Shown in pieces: positions 38,330-52,050 of a stretch of 64,000 bases of DNA. A program made the translations under genes and the position numbers. Source of the DNA: Chiloscyllium plagiosum (lineage: Eukaryota); contig NC_057749.1 of assembly GCF_004010195.1 (NCBI RefSeq), positions 26,550,161 through 26,614,160 on the forward strand. Reading direction: 5' to 3'. A model generated the notes under the pieces. It was not told the origin of the DNA. It made no database searches and worked only from the letters and a program-made list of their open reading frames with translations. Each line of letters starts with the position of its first letter. Position 1 is the stretch's first letter.

Positions 38330-38790
38330 TTGGAGATAGTGCAGAAGAGGTTTACCAGAATGTTGGATGGATTAGACTGTATTAGCTCCAAGGAGAGGTT
38401 GGACACAATTGTTTTCTCGAGAGCATCGGAGGCTGTGGGGTGACCTGATAGAAGTATAGAAAGTAATGAGCAGCGTGAATAAGGTGTATAGTCAGAGTCT
38501 TTTTCCCAGGATACAAATGTGAATATCAAAGCTACATAGGCTTAAGGTGAGAAGGGGAAGTTTAAAGGAAACATGAGGAATTTTTTTTTACCCAGAGGAT
38601 ATAGGTGCTCTGGGCAGGTGGTAGATGCAGATGCAAAAGCAAAAGTTAAGAGGAACTCAGACGCATGAACAGGCAGAGAATAGAGGGACATGGCCTATAT
38701 GCCGGCAGGTGGGATTAGTTTAGAATAATATCATGGTTAGCACAGAAATGGTTAGCGTGCTGAAGTGCTCTACTGTTCTATGTTCCATAT
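38330..38790 (+). mobile_element. Decayed CR1 3' fragment
   Basis: LE.VQKRFTRML-like segment and a typical CR1 3' UTR ending in TTCTATG repeats. Confidence 0.8.
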
Positions 38791-40136
38791 CCTAAGATTG
38801 GCTGAAGGATGGTCTCGAACTGGTTTCACTGCTTTATATATCTCCTCAAGTGCCAGCAAATGCTTTGACTGTCCGTGTGATAATGAGCTGAGATTCAAGC
38901 AATTACCACAGTGCCTTGGTCAGTAACCACATCGAGGTAAAAACAAAGACTGCAGATGCTGGAAACCAGATTCTGGATCAGTGGTGCTGGAAGGGCACAA
39001 CATATCCTTGGATCCTGCCTGAACTGCTGTGCTCTTCCAGCACCACCAATCCAGTTACCACATCGCCAGGGTGGCTCGGCCTGCTCAGTAAACACATTAA
39101 ATTATTTAAACCCAAAGAACTGCAGATACTGGAAGGTTAAGACCAAAACAAAAACTGCTGGAGATTCTCAGCAGGGCTGACGCAACTGTGGAGAAAGATG
39201 CAGAGTTAACATTTTGAGTTTGTAACTCTTTATAAGAACTTCTGAATTCCTAATGTGGTTATATTCTGATGTTCCAATATCTGTTTTATAGTCATACTGA
39301 TTGCAGATTTAATCCTTTAAGTGTTGTCTTGGGATCTCTAGACATGGCTGTCAATGGTAGTATTGGTCTCCCAGCCTACACCCAGATTTGTGCCTTTCTG
39401 GTTGAAAAAAAGAGTTGAATTGCTGGAAAATACCAATTTAATCATGATTTAGCTGTACTTTTGATGGCCGTTTGTGCATGTTACATGTTGGCCTTAAAAG
39501 TGATTCCCTCCTCATTTTCTGCAAGGTAGTTGCTAACCCACATCTACAAGAATAGATTTGACAGCTAACATAAAAATTGAACCCAAAGCTGTAATTCAGG
39601 CACATGAATGTACAGTGATTACTAGTGAAGTAGTGAGCCAAATCTATTGGGGCAGGCAGTAAAGATTAAATGAATACTTTGCATCAGTATTTACCAAGGG
39701 AGGTAACTTTTCAAAATATATGATAAATGACTGGGATGAGGTCAAAATAATTAAGAGATACCAGGATAGCTGGCTGTATCAAAAGTGAATAAATCCCTCA
39801 TTCCAGATGTGGTGGGATTTGAAAGCTACAAGGATAGATATTGTGGAGGTATTCACCATCTTTTACCAATCTTCTCCAGGGATTGTGTCAAAGGACAATA
39901 TCGTTGCAAATGTTAGATGCTCCAAAAAAAAAACAAAGAGCTATGGACGCTGGAAATTATAAACAAGAACAGAAGTTGCTGGAAAATCTCAGCAGGTCCA
40001 GCAGCACATAAGGAGAGAAAGCAAAGTTAACATTTCAACAGACCTAAAACATTAACTCTGTTTTTCTCTACAGCAATTGCCAGACCTGCTAAGTTTCTGC
40101 TCCAGGAATTACAACCCAGTTAGTTTGATATCAGTA

Positions 40137-40458
40137 GATTAGATTAGATTACTTACAGTGCGGAAACAGGCCCTTCGGCCCAACAAGTCCACACCGACCT
40201 GCCGAAGCGCAACCCACCCAGACCCATTCCCCTACATTTTACCGCTTCACTTAACACTAAGGGCAATTTAGCATGGCCAGTTCACCTAATCTGCACATCT
40301 TTGGACTGTGGGAGGAAACCGGAGCACCCGGAAGAAACCCATGCAGACACGGTGAGAATGTGCAAACTCCACACAGAGAGTCGCCTGAGGTGGGAATTGA
40401 ACCTGGGTCTCGGGCACTGTGAGGCAGCAGTGCTAACCACTGTGCTACTCTGCCGCCC
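40137..40458 (-). mobile_element. HE1-like V-SINE
   Basis: Match to 12546-12858 with an (AGATT)n tail. Confidence 0.9.
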
Positions 40459-41244
40459 ACTGGAGCAACAATGCATGGAGAGCCAACAAAAGGCACTGAC
40501 GATAAAAGGGGAGCTAACATGCATTTTTAATGGCCATTTATTTGACCAACTTCCTGAGCTTTTTGATGCTGTAACAGGACAATGTCATCTATACAGTCTT
40601 CCAAAAGTGGTTTGATGAAACATCCTATACAACCTTGCTAACAAAATTAAAGCATGTGATGTAAATGAGAACCTCGTTGCGTGGATTCAAATTAGCTGGG
40701 GAAAGAAAAAGAGGTGGTGACGAATGGATAGTTTTCATGTGAGATATGTTTAGAACTCTTCCACAATTCTTTAGATTTGGGAGCATTATGGTGAATTGGA
40801 AAACTGCACAAACTACTGCATTGAAAGAAGAAAATCTGGAAATTATAGCCAGTTAGCCTAACATCTGCAGTGGGTAAATTGCTAAAGTCTGTAAATAATG
40901 AGAGGGTGGGTGAACACCTTGAAGATTTCAGCTGACCAGAACGAGCCAGAATGGGTTTGTAAAGTGGAGGGGATGGGGGTGTGGGGAGGGTGCTCATGAC
41001 TTGAAGACATGTTTTGAAGACATGGTTTGTAGTTGACAGGAGTAAGTCGATGAAATTTATCTCAATGAACTTTCAGTGACATTTTTATTATTTGAGGAGT
41101 CAGGGTAGACAGGGAGAAACTGTTCTTACTCATAAAATGATCAAGAATCAGAGGTCACACTTTTAAAGTGTTTTGCAAAAAAGAAAATGTAACGTGAGAG
41201 AAAACATTTTCACACTGTGAGTAGTTAGGATCTGGAATGCACCA

Positions 41245-42525
41245 TAGAACAGAGAACATTACAGTGCAATACAGGCCCTTCGGCCCTCTATGTTGCACCG
41301 ATCTGTGAAACCAATCTGAAGCCCATCCAACCTACACTATTCCATTATCATCCATATGGTTTTTTAATGACTATTTCAATGCCCTTAAGTTGGCACATCT
41401 GCTACTGTTGCAAGCAGGGCATTCCAAGCCTTTACTACTATGAGTAAAGAAACTACCTCTGACCTATATCCATCACCCCTCAATATAAAGCTATGTCCCC
41501 TTGTGCTAGCCACCACCATCTGAGGAAAAGGGCAGTCAATATCCACCCTATCTAATCTCTGATCATCTTGCATGTCTCTATTAAGTCAACTCTCAAACTT
41601 CTCTCTAATAAAAACAGCCTCATATCCCTCAGCCTTTCCTCATAAGCAGCTCCCTCCATACCAGACAACATCCTAGTAAATCGCCTCCCTTTCCAAAGCT
41701 TCCACATCTTTCCTGTGACGCAGCGACCAGAACTGTACACAATACTCCAAGTGCAGCCACACCACAGTTACGTACAGCTGCAACATGACCTCATGGCTCT
41801 GAAACTCAATCCCTCTACCAGTAAAAGCTAACACACCGTATGCTTTCTTAACAACCCTATCAACCTGGGTGGCAACCTTCAGGGATCTATGTAAATGGAC
41901 ACTGAGATCTCTCTGCTCATCCATACTACCAAGAATCTTACCATTAGCCCAGTACTCTGTATTACTGATACTCCTTTAAAAGTGAATCACCTCACACTTT
42001 TCCACATTAAGCTCCATTTGCCACCTCTCAGCCCAGATAGGCAGCTTATCTATGTCCCTCTGTAACACGAAACATCCTTTGGCACTGTCCATAACTCTAC
42101 CAACCTTAGTATCATCCGCAAATTTACTAACCCATCCTTCTACGCCCTCATCCAGGTCATTTATAAAACTGACAAACAGCAGTGGACCCAAAACAGATCC
42201 TTGAACTCCAGGATGAACATTTCCCATCAACCACCACCCTCTGTCTTCTTTTAGCTAGCTAATTTCTGATCCAAATCGTTAAATCACCCTCAATCCCATT
42301 CCTCCATATTTTCTGCAATAGCCTACCGTGGGGAACCTTATCAAACGGTTTACTGAAATCCATATGTACCACATCAACTGCTTTACCCTCATCCACGTGT
42401 TGGTCACCTTCTGAAGAACTCAATAAGGTTTGTGAGGCATGACCTACCCTTCACAAAGCCATGTTGACTATCCCTAATCAAATTATTCCTTTCTGGATAA
42501 CTATAAATCCTGTCTCTTATAATCC
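41245..42525 (-). mobile_element. CR1 LINE RT + 3' end
   Basis: QGSVLGPLLF, FADDTK and HLEYCVQFWS motifs. Confidence 0.93.
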
Positions 42526-43239
42526 TAATGTACATGTAGTGTAATGTAATGTAATTGAAACAAGTTCAATTGAGGCATTCAGGACGGTATCATAGGATGA
42601 TTTAAATACAAACAGTATACAGGACTACAGAGAAAAGGCACCAGACTGGCACCAATTTAAAATGCTCACAAAACTTGTGGAGATATGATGGGCTGAATGG
42701 CTTCCTGCTTCTGTAACTTGATAAAGTCCCTCAAAATAGATTGTTGGTCATATACAAAATTCGTAAGGCCTTCATCAGGTTTCCCGCATGCCCCCAGCAG
42801 AAATGACAACAGCAAATGTCTGCCCCCTGTCCTTGGGAAGGCGAGGGGTGGGGAAAGGGTGCGCAGGGCTGAAGAGGGTGTGTAATGCAGCTCTGGGGGA
42901 GGCCCTGGACATATTTGGAGAAGAAGGCAAAGCTCAAAGAACTGCCAGGCACTCAGATGGTGCAGGTAGCTTCACAGAGAGCTGTGAAAACTGCTGGTAC
43001 TGGATGGAGAGGATCATTAGTGGAGTCCATGGTGGAGGGATGGCCATACTTTCAGCAGTGAAAAGGTAAGGAAGGTTAACAAAGAGGCTGGGGACCCTGG
43101 TGCACAGATCTGTAGGAAAGAAAATGAAGGGGAAAAGGATGTCTGTGCCAAAATGTCTGAGGCTATCCATTTTGCTAAGAAGATTGAGCAGAAACAATAC
43201 AAACAATTGATACAATTTCAAAAGGTGATGCAAGAAGAG

Positions 43240-44550
43240 AATAGGAATAAGTTGATTAGGGATAGTCAACACAGTTTTGTGAAGGGTAGGTTGTGCCTCA
43301 CTAACCTTACTGAGTTCTTCGAGGTGACAAAACAGGTGGATGCGGGTAAAGTGGTTGATGTGGTGTCTATGTACTTCAGTAAAGTGTTTGACAAGGTTCC
43401 ATACGGTAGGCTATTGCACAAAATACAGAGTTTCGGGATTGAAGGTGATTTGACGGTTTGGATCAGAAATTGGCTAGCTGAAAGAAGACAGAATGTGGTG
43501 GTTGATGGGAAATATTCATCCTGGAGCACAGTTACCAGTGATGTGCCACAAGGACCTATTTTGGGGCCACTGCTGTTTGTCATTTTTATAAATGATCTGC
43601 CTGTGGGTGTAGAAGGATGGGTTAGTAAATTTGGAGATGACAGTAAGGTAGAGTTGTGGATAGTGCAGAAGGATGTTGTGGGTTACAGAGGGATGTAGAT
43701 AAGATGCAGAGCTGGGTTGAGAAGTGGCAAATGGAATTTAATGTGGAAAAGCGTGAGGTAGTTCACTTCAGAAGAAGTAACAGGAATGCAGAGTACTGGG
43801 CTAATGGTAAAATTCTTGGCAGTGTAGATGAACAGAGAGATCTCGGTGTCCAGGTGTGTAAATCCCTAGAAGTTGCCACCCAGTTTGATAGGGTTGTTAA
43901 GAAGGCATATGGTGTGTTGGCATTTATTGGTAGGGGGATTGAGTTTCAGAGCCACTAGATTAGATTTCAGCTGTACAAGACACGGGTAAGGGCTGCACCT
44001 GGAGTATTGTGTATGGTTCTGGTCACCACATTATAGGAAGGATGAGGAAGCTTTGGAAAGGGTTCAGAGGAGAGTTACCACAATGTTGCCTGGTATGGAG
44101 GGAAAGTCTTATGAGGAAAGGCTGAGGGAACTGATGCTATTTTCATTGGAGAGAAGAAGGTTGATAGGTGACTTAATCGAGACATTTAAGATGATCAGAG
44201 GGTTAGACCAGTGGACAGCGAGAGCCTTTTTACCCCTTGGATAGTGAAGGCTAACATGAGGAGACATAGCTTTAAATTGAGGGGTGATAGATTTAGGACA
44301 GATATCCTAAGAGATATCCTCTTAGATTTAGGACAGATATCCTCTTTCCTCAGAGAGTAGTAGGAGAGTGGAATGGCCTGCCTGCAACAGTAGTAGACTC
44401 GCCAACATTAAGAGCATTTAAATGGGCATTGGACATACATATGGATAATAATGGAACAGTGTAGGTTAGATGGGCATGAAGTTAATTTCACAGGTTGATG
44501 CAACTTCATGGGACAAAGGGCCTGTACTGTGCTGTAACGTTCTATGGTCT
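43240..44550 (+). mobile_element. CR1 LINE RT + 3' end
   Basis: ORF 43153-43698 has QHSFVKGR.CLTNL, FSKVFDKVP and VPQGPILGPLLF. Confidence 0.93.
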
Positions 44551-45829
44551 ATATTAAGAGAGAGACCTAAAGAGTTTGTCCACAAATATTTCAAGGTAAT
44601 CAGCAGGTTGACCTCTTAATAAGGGATCCTGAGATTTAGCAATAAATTCTTAGAGTTTTAAAAAAAGCAGCAATTTATAAAGCAATAGTTTCACTCAGTG
44701 GAGTCTATTCAGAAAAAATATTTGGCAAAGGTGCAGAAGAAATTTGCTTAGAACACAGGGTTACAGTAATATGGAGAATGAGGGAGCTGTGATTGTCTCC
44801 TCAATCAGAACAGTCTAATAGGAGATTTGATTAAGGAGTTTAAGATAATGAAAGATTTATATAGTCTGAATGAACTTTCCAATGGCTATATGGCAAATAA
44901 CCACAAACTAAAGGAAATTAACAAAATGACCCAGAGGAGACATGAGGAGAACACAATGAGTGGCTCGGATATAGAATCTGCTGTCTGAAAATGTAATGGA
45001 CACAGATTCAATAGTAACCTTCAAAATAGAATTAGATAAATATTTGAAGAAAATCAAAGGCGCTGAGAAAGGATAAGTTAGTCCATTTAAATAAACATGA
45101 TAAACAGTAAGCAAATAGTATCACCACCATTGCGTTAGGTGAGACCAAGAACTGTCCCTCTGATAATTATTCCATTCATTCTGACTCCTATCATTGTTTA
45201 TAAAAAAAAGTAAAACATTGATTTAAAATCTCCACCATACTTTAGCTCTATTCTCTCTTTAATGTGGTTCTTTATTTTAATACACTCATGTGTACTATTT
45301 TTAAAAATGAGGAAATAACTTCAACAGGAGATAAGTAAGTAAATTTCACAATGAAATGTTAAAGACGTAGAATAATGCTGTAATGCTGCAACAGCCTCTT
45401 CCAGAAATTCGCCTGTAGACCATCACCATCCTCTAAGTTTAACAATCCTCAGACACAGTACTACAGGTGAGGGAAGGAGGTGGGTCTCTATTTGAATTTA
45501 GCCTAAGAATGATGACAGGAGGATTAATGGAACAGTCAGTCTCAGTCAGCTCAATCCCATCTGATATCTAACCCATGAAACAAAGCATTGCCTCTCTGTC
45601 CGTCATTGATCGAACGCCAGGATCTCACTTTCCATCATTCAGCCACTTTCACTCCAACAATTTCACTTTCTTGTCTTTTCCCTTTGGTATTGTTCAGAGA
45701 AGAGGAAGATCCAATTCGGCTTCATCACCAGGAGAATACCGTAAGGTTGAACTGCTTAAATTTTTATTTTTTATTTAAAACTTGCTTTTTTATATTGTAA
45801 AATTTGACGTCACATGCCTGCTGATAGGT

Positions 45830-46500
45830 ACTTGGTAATTGTTAACCAGTATTTAATTGACCAATGGGTGGCTTACCAATGGATGGTTATCCATTTGCAT
45901 TTAATGAGTGGGTAGTCAATTAATGGGTAGTTATCCAGTGGCAGATTATGGGTAGTTAATTAATGGGTGCTTAACCAAAACCAGTCAAATAGTTAGTTGA
46001 TTAATGAGTAAATTAACCCGCTGTAGTTAACCAGCACACATTGTTAATTCACAGTAATAATTAATTACTAAGCAGTTAACTACTAGGTGGCCAATTAGCA
46101 GCCTGTCAACTAGCAATTATTAACAAGTGAGTGGGCTATTAACTGAAAATAATTACTTTCCACAGGACAATTAGGGTGTGAAACAACTACTCATTTTGCC
46201 ATTGGTGTCAAATCCCATGAATGAAGTTCAAAAAATGTAAATAGTTAAGCAATGAATAGTTAATTATTGTTAGTTAATTCATAGGAGCTTAACTAGTGTG
46301 CAATAAATTAGCAGTTAGTTATTGGGCCATTAGATAGGCTATTAATGAGCAAAAGTTAATAAGTGTGTTGTTAAGTTGTGGGTAGATGACCAACAATCTG
46401 TGAACTGCCCAATAAGCCATTAACTCATGAATGGTTAGACAATGACACTTAACCTATGGGCAGATAATTAGAAAGCAGTTAATCAGTAGCTATGGGGATA
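45830..46500. repeat. Degenerate tandem repeat, unit about 15-16 bp (AATGGGTAGTTAA(C/T)(C/T)-like)
   Basis: Recurrent units such as AATGGGTGGCTTACC, AATGGATGGTTATCC, AATGGGTAGTTATCC, TATGGGTAGTTAATT and AATGGGTGCTTAACC. Confidence 0.6.
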
Positions 46501-48329
46501 TAGACTGTCAGTCAGGAAATAACACCAGCATTTTGACATATTGCTTCCATGTAGCAGTTCAGGAGTTTTACTTATGGTCCAGTCTGTTACAAATCATTAT
46601 AGAATTTATTTTATTATAAATTTAAAGTAAGTCACGAATACTGTGCAGGGCTTCTGTCTGAAGTATTTGTTTCAGGATTGAATTCTATTTGAATTTGGCT
46701 TTTTAAACTAATGTAAATAATGAATTAAATCATGGAATCAATCAGACAAGGTTAGTAACAGACACTAGGTTTATGCCAATGTATTGCTACAAACCTGGCT
46801 ACAGTCACAGCCTGTAGCTTGTCCCACCTCACTAGTTGATTTCATTCATCGAATGATGTATAACAGAATGGGGGTATTTGATTGTTTGTGTTTTGATAGA
46901 GTTCTTGAATTAATTCTATTCCCCCTGCCTTATCCCCATACACCTGTAGATAACTTTCCCCTTGAACCGTTTGGAGATCTGGCCCTATGTCAGGGCAGAC
47001 TGGGCTGTCCTCAGTTACTTCAGAAATGAGCCAGGATCACACTCAGCCAGCAGTGGTCTCTCTTTCTCAGGAGTCACTTGAACAATTGATTGATTGATGA
47101 CGTAGGGAAGGTGGAACAGGGCCCAAGATCACAGAGTCACTTGTGCTTCTGAATGAGATGACATGCTATACTGACCTCAGTGTTATTAAACTGTTCTCGG
47201 TCTCAAGAAGGAGCAATAAAGTAAAATTCCTGAATGTCAAAACATAGGATTTGGGGAAATAAAAATTTATTTCATGTCAGATACCATGCTGCAGAAAGCC
47301 TAGAGGAATCTAGAAAATGCAGAGGTAAACATGCAACCATATCAGTAAGAAACAAGGACCATTGATCCCCTCTAACTGGCTTCACTATTCAAAAACATTT
47401 GGTTGATCTGATGTAATGTTAACACCATATTTCAATCTATGCCTGATAACATTTGACTCACTTTTTAGTGGAGAGTCTATCTATTGCTGCCTTAAAAATA
47501 TTCAGTGACTCTCTGGAGGAATGAGTTCCAAAGCTCACGTTCCTTAAGTTCAGCTTTTGTTGGGTAGGGGGGGTAGCACCATTTCAGAACCCACCTTAAG
47601 ATCCTACATGTTTCAGTAAGATCAATGCACATATATGTAAAGATATTGGTAAGTAAAGTTGAGCTAAACCAAAAGATGTTTGTGAAATAAAAGAAGAGCA
47701 GAAGGAAAGTGCAGGGATAATTTCAAGGCAAAAGAAAATTCAGCTTTCAGAAAATGGAACAGGCACTGTCAAAGAGGCACACTCTGAAATATTGGATGGG
47801 ATAAACATTGTGAGTGAGCATAAATGGCCACACCCATGCTGTACATTTCTATGACTCTAAATGGAAACCCGGTTGCTAGGAGATGCCAGAGAGAAAATGC
47901 CAGAAGGTCTAGTCCGTCACTTTCAAATCCTTCCTGGATACAGGCATGTTATTGGAGGACTGGAAACTACTAACGCTGTCCTACATATAAATAAAAAACA
48001 AAAGCAGACCACTCAGCCCTGCCCTTCAATAATATTGTGGCTGAATTGATTTAAACCTTGATTCTACATTCCTGCATATCCTTGGTAATCTTTCATCTGC
48101 TTGGTCATGAAGAACCTACCTACCTCTGCCTTAAAAATATTTGAAGATTCTATGTCCATTGACTTTTGAGGAAGAAAATTCTAAATACTAATGTTTCTCA
48201 GTGAGAAATTATGTTTGTTTTAAATGGTCAGGTGTTTAAATAGAGAAGGGAGAGCTTGAATTGTAAAAGGCCAAGCAGCTTCATCTCGGTGAAGGGCAAA
48301 CAAGTGGAAACATTGTGGGCAACAGGAGA

Positions 48330-49422
48330 AAATATTATTTAGAGAAAAACAGATTCATCAAAGAGTAAGCACGGATTTGTTAAGGAAATGTCATGTCTGA
48401 TTAATTATGCAATTCTTTGAGAAGGTAAGAGGTAAGAGGTAGGTTGGATAAGAGTCACCTGGTGGTCTTAGTCACATGCATTTTAGTCAGATTCCTCATG
48501 CCAAACTGAAGAAGTAAATTAAAAGCTTATGTAATCCATGTTGAATCAAAGAGTGACCCAATGGAAGTCTGTGCTTTTTAATTTAATCATTCAAAGTTGG
48601 ATGGAGAAATGGCAGGTGGAGTTTAATCTTGGACACGTGTGAGTTAATTCATTTTGGGAGGGAGGTCAAATGCAAGAAGAAATTATGCAGTAAATGGTAG
48701 GATCCTGAGGAGCACTGTTATACAGAGGGATCTTGGGGTGCAAGTCTATAGTTCCCCAGAAGTGCTAATACAAATGGATATCATGGTAAGGAAGGCATAA
48801 GACCTTAATCAGTTCAGGCATTGAGTATAAAAGTTGGCAACTCATGTTGCAACTGTATAACATTTTAGTTAGGTCACGTTTGGAATATTGCGTGCAGTTC
48901 TGATTGCCACATTACAGGAAGGATGTCAAGTCTTTGGAGAGGCTGCAAAGAGGTTCACCAGGATATTGCCTGGATTGGAGTACATTAGCTACAAGGAGAG
49001 ATTAGACAAACTTGGATTATTTTTACTGGAGCGTCAGAGGCTGAGGGGCAACCTGATAGAAGTAAATAAAATTATGAGAGCCATGGATAGGGTGGGTAGT
49101 AAGGGTCACTTTGCCAGTAGGAAATGTCAAATACTAGGGGGTGTACATTTAAACAGAGAGGGGAAAATTTAAAGGAGATGTGTGAGGAAAGCTTTTTACA
49201 CAGAGAGTGGTAGAAGCCCAGAATGTGCTGCTAGGGAAGGTGGTGGAAGCAGATATGTTAGCAAAATTCAAGAGACATTTAAGCAGGCATGTGAATAAAC
49301 AGGGAACAGAGGGATAGAAGCTATGTGCAGGTAGGTGGCATGAGTTTAGAATATCATAATGGTTGGTGCAGATATATAGGGCTAAAAAGCTTGTTCCTAT
49401 GCTGTACTGCTCTATGTTCCAT
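48330..49422 (+). mobile_element. Decayed CR1 LINE 3' part
   Basis: KRFTRILPGL...RLRGNLIEV.KIM motif and a CR1 3' UTR. Confidence 0.85.
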
Positions 49423-49429
49423 GTGGGGG

Positions 49430-52050
49430 TTCAGCATTTATTTCCTGTCCCGAGTTGCCTTCTTGAACCGCTGCAGTGCATGTGCTGTAGGTTGAACTAT
49501 AGTCTTGTTGGGGAGGGAATTCCAGGATTTTAACCCAGTCACAGTGATGGAATGGCAATATATTTCCAAATCAGGATAATGAGTGGCTTGATGGGAACTT
49601 GCAGGTGGTGGTGCTCCCATTCACCTGCTGCCCTTGTCCTTCTAGATGGAAATAGTTTTGGGTTTGGAAGGTGCTGTCCAAGGATCATTGGTGGATTTCT
49701 GCCATGCATTTTGTACATAGTACACACTGCTGCTACTGAGCACCAGTGTGGAGAGAGAGGGTATTTGTGGATGCGGTGCCAATCAAGCGGGTTGCTTTGT
49801 CCTGGATGGTGTCAAGCTTCTTGAGTGTTGTTGGAGCTGCACCCATCCAGGAAAGTGGGGAATCACACTTCTGACTTGTGCCTTGTAAATGGTGGACAGC
49901 TTAGGAGGTGAGTTACTCACCACAGTATTGCAAGCCTGATATTGACATTTCCACCCTGTGAAAAAGATTGCAACTATTCAACCTATCCATGCCCCTCATA
50001 ATTTTATATACTTGTATGAAGTCCTGCAGCCTCTGATGCTCTAGTGAAAATAATCCAAGTTTGTCCAACCTCTCCTTACATCTAAAACACTCCAAACCAG
50101 AAAAAATCATGGTGATATTCCTTTTTTAGCTACAGTATTTAAATGGCTAGTCAAGTTCAGTTTCTGGTCAATGGTGTGTTGATTGTGGCGTTTCAATAAT
50201 GGTGATGGCATCAAATGTCAAGGTGCAATGATTAGCTTCTCTCTTATTGAAGATGGTCATTGCCTAGCACTTGTGTAAAGCCAATGTTGCTTGTCACTTG
50301 TCAGTCCAAACCTGATATTCTCCAGATCTTGTTGCGTTTGGGTATGGACTGCTTCAGTATCTGAGGAGTTGTAAATGATGCTGTACATTCATCAATGAAC
50401 ATCACCATTCTGACCTTATGAGGAAGGGAAGATCATTGATGAGGCAGCTGAAGATGGTTGGGCCTTGGGCATTTTCCTGAAGAACTCTTGCAGAGATGTC
50501 CTGGAGCTGAGATATCTGACCTCCAATAACACCATACCTTTGTGCCAGGTATGACTTCAAACAGTGGAGAACTTTTCCTGGATACCCATTGATTCCAGTT
50601 TTGCTCGGGCTCCTTAATGCCCATTCAGTTAAATGCAGCCATGATGTCAATGGCTATCACTCTCACCTCACCCTTGGAATTTAATTGTTTTGTCCATGTT
50701 TGCACCAAAGCTGTAAGGAGGTCAGGAGCTGAGTGGCCCTGGCAGAACCTAAACTGGGCATCACTGGGCAGATTATTGCTGAGCAGGTGCTGCTTGATAG
50801 TACTGTTGATGACACCTTTCATCATTTTTGATTGCGAGCAGATTGATGGTGCAGTAATTGGCTGGGTTGGATTTTTCCTGTGTACAGGACATACATGGCC
50901 AATTTTCCTCATCGTCAGATAAATACCAGTGTTGTAACTGTACTGGAACAACTTTGCTAGGGGAGTACAAGTTCTGGAGCACAGGTCTTCAGTACAATTG
51001 TTGGAATGTTGTCAGGGCCCATAGCCTTTGCAGTGTCTCCAACCATTTCTTGTCATTACTTGGAGTGAATCAAATTGACTGAAGACTGGAATCTGTAATG
51101 CTGGGAACCACTGGAGGAAGCAGCAATGGATCATTATTCAATATGTCTGGCTGAAGATTGTTGCAAAGGCTTAAATTTTTCCTTTTGCGCTGATGTGCTG
51201 GGTTCCCCGATCATAAGAATGGGTACATTTGTGGGCCGTCTTCCTTCAGTGAGTTATTTAGTTGTCCACCACTGTTGATGACTAGATGTGGCAGGACTGC
51301 AGAGCTTAGATCTAATCCATTGATTGTGGAATCATTTACCTCAGTCTAGCACTTGTGGTATTTGGCATTCAGGTGATCCTGTTTGGTAGCTTCACCAGGT
51401 TGACACCTGTTACTGCTTCTGGCATTCCTTCCTGCACCCTTCATTGACTATGAGTTGGTCAGTTCTGCTGCTGTTGATGGTCCACAGCGCCTTATGGATA
51501 TCGGTCTTGAGTTGCTCGAACTGTCCCATTTAGCACAGTGATAGTGCTACACAATGTCATGGAAGATACTCCACAAGGGCCGGAGTACTCCGGCCTCACA
51601 GCGCCGGAGACCCGGGTTCAATTCCCGCCTCAGGCGACTGACTGTGTGGAGTTTGCCCATTCTCCCTGTGTCTGCGTGGGTTTCCTTCGGGTGCTCTGGT
51701 TTCCTCCCACAGTCCAAAGATGTGCAGGTCAGGTGAATTGGTTATGCTAAATTGCCCGTAGTGTTAGGTAAGGGGTACACGTAGGGGTATTGGGTGGGTT
51801 GCGCTTCGGCGGGGCGGTGTGGACTTGTTGGGCCGAAGGGCCTGTTTCCACACTGTAAGTAATCTAATCTAATCTAATCTAATCTCAACTGTATACCACT
51901 GTGCCGCATCTTCTGCTGGGTCTGTCCTATCGGTAGGACAGGACATATCCAGGGATGTGGGATGGTGGTGTTTAGGACACGGTAAGGTATGATTCCATGA
52001 GTATGACAATGTCAGATTGTTGCTTAACTAGTCTGAGAGACAACAGCAGA
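49430..52050 (-). mobile_element. Second non-LTR family (CR1/L2 group), decayed, with a CR1 piece (about 49940-50120) and a SINE inside
   Basis: ORF 50625-50951 has QF.F..GHSAPDLLTALVQ...VIAIDIMAAFN; GPTIFSCLINDLP also present. Confidence 0.85.
51590..51884 (+). mobile_element. HE1-like V-SINE, 5'-clipped
   Basis: B box, V-domain and (TAATC)n tail. Confidence 0.9.

Noticed and set aside
42780..43150. Purine-rich spacer between the inverted CR1 copies as an exon
   Set aside because: No recognisable protein or consistent splice sites; likely an unclassified repeat fragment.
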